DNA of 64,000 nt from Acidimicrobiales bacterium (GTDB taxonomy: Bacteria > Actinomycetota > Acidimicrobiia > Acidimicrobiales > SZUA-35), in contig CBDCGK010000004.1 in NCBI GenBank assembly GCA_965216675.1, positions 3,150,061 to 3,214,060 on the forward strand. The letters run 5' to 3'. The translations under genes and the position numbers were made by a program. The first letter of the stretch is position 1; the number at the start of each line of letters is the position of its first letter. The notes under the pieces were generated by a model that was not told the origin of the DNA, ran no database searches, and saw only the letters and a list, made by a program, of their open reading frames with translations. Shown here piece after piece: positions 63,432 to 64,000 of the stretch.

Positions 63432-64000
63432 GTGCTGACCGATCGGCACGTGCTGCATCTCGACCGTCACTCGATCGCGGTCAACAAGGAGGCCGGCTGG
63501 CCGGTCCACGCCACCCGGGACCCGAACCGACCGCATCTACAGGCGGCGGTGGCCGAATGGTCGGCCCGGCGATCGGACGGTTCCTCGGCTGGGGGGCCGG
63601 ACGACGAACCGGCGGTGGAACCCGCGGTCGTGCACCGTCTCGACGTGTGGACCTCGGGCGTGGTGCTGCTGGCCCGCACGACCGACGCCCGCCGGGAACT
63701 CACCCGGTTGTTCGAGCGGCGGGAGGTGGAGAAGCTGTACGAGGCGACGTGTGTCGACGGTCCGTCGGATGACACGGGCGAGCTTCGTCACCATCTGGCC
63801 AAGAAGCGGGAGCGGGGTCGAGATGTGATGCGCTCGGTGCGAAGCGGCGGCAAGGTGGCGATCACCCGGTACGAGGTCGTCGGTCGGAGCGACGGATTGG
63901 CCGCGGTCCGGTTGGTTCCCGAGACCGGGCGAACCCACCAGCTGCGGGTCCAGACCGCACTCGACGGCTGGCCGATCCTCGGAGATCCGCTGTACGGCGA
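63432..64000 (+). CDS. RluA family pseudouridine synthase (3' end beyond the window)
   Basis: My own translation from GTG 63432: VLTDRHVLHLDRHSIAVNKEAGWPVH...VVHRLDVWTSGVVLLARTTDARRELTRLFERREVEKLY...ETGRTHQLRVQTALDGWPILGDPLYG. Not in the ORF track because the frame runs off the window. Confidence 0.8.
   Translation, partial: MLTDRHVLHLDRHSIAVNKEAGWPVHATRDPNRPHLQAAVAEWSARRSDGSSAGGPDDEPAVEPAVVHRLDVWTSGVVLLARTTDARRELTRLFERREVEKLYEATCVDGPSDDTGELRHHLAKKRERGRDVMRSVRSGGKVAITRYEVVGRSDGLAAVRLVPETGRTHQLRVQTALDGWPILGDPLYG

Noticed and set aside
1-64000. Search for mobile elements, prophage, integrase/transposase genes, tRNA/rRNA genes, CRISPR arrays and toxin-antitoxin pairs.
   Set aside because: None was recognised on either strand. 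The only mobility-like signals are the repeat-bracketed DUF559 gene and the dispersed palindromic elements, both reported as findings.

Overview
This is a high-GC (about 68-70% by eye), densely coding chromosomal segment of actinobacterial type. That taxonomic call is an inference from composition, GTG/TTG starts, leaderless-looking promoters and gene content. I saw no rRNA, tRNA, CRISPR array, transposase or integrase. All functional calls come from reading motifs in the supplied translations; no database search was possible.

Gene content, left to right:
- a 1507-aa secreted tandem-repeat adhesin-like protein
- DUF4235 and a patatin-like lipase
- SQR-like and Gfo/Idh/MocA oxidoreductases
- an amino-sugar (GlcNAc-type) uptake and catabolism operon: ROK regulator, SBP, two permeases, ROK kinase, nagA, nagB
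- an MFS transporter
- a DUF559/AbiEi-like gene bracketed by 51-nt direct repeats
- a five-gene peptide ABC transporter
- an SDR
- a 1082-aa BNR/sortilin-like protein
- a second ROK-regulated sugar ABC locus ending in a GH3 enzyme
- a MocR regulator next to a frameshifted molybdopterin oxidoreductase
- a stand-alone Toprim protein
- a GcvT/DmdA-like aminomethyltransferase with a LysR regulator
- a TetR-controlled same-strand block (45.2-54.5 kb): MMPL transporter, orphan OppD-like ATPase, CocE/NonD hydrolase, and a three-domain reading frame
- MerR, a lipoprotein, FKBP, DUF4126, a desaturase, an MFS transporter, a methyltransferase, an SOD-like protein, a flavin-halogenase-like protein, and the start of an RluA-type pseudouridine synthase

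The best candidate for something new is the three-domain reading frame at 52055-54504 and the TetR block it sits in. It joins an NPP-type phosphodiesterase, a PhnZ/TmpB-like HD oxygenase and a GBBH/TmpA-like Fe(II)/2OG dioxygenase. This looks like a fused phosphonate head-group release and oxidative C-P cleavage module. The frame is interrupted by a single-nucleotide frame change.

Other observations worth a second look:
- a conserved ~47-nt palindromic element in three copies, with a compensatory base change between copies
- a 115-nt hairpin with internal direct repeats
- promoter/operator modules shared among the ROK loci
- tandem direct repeats in two intergenic regions
- a cluster of frame disruptions between 40.7 and 60.4 kb, which could be sequencing artefacts or gene decay
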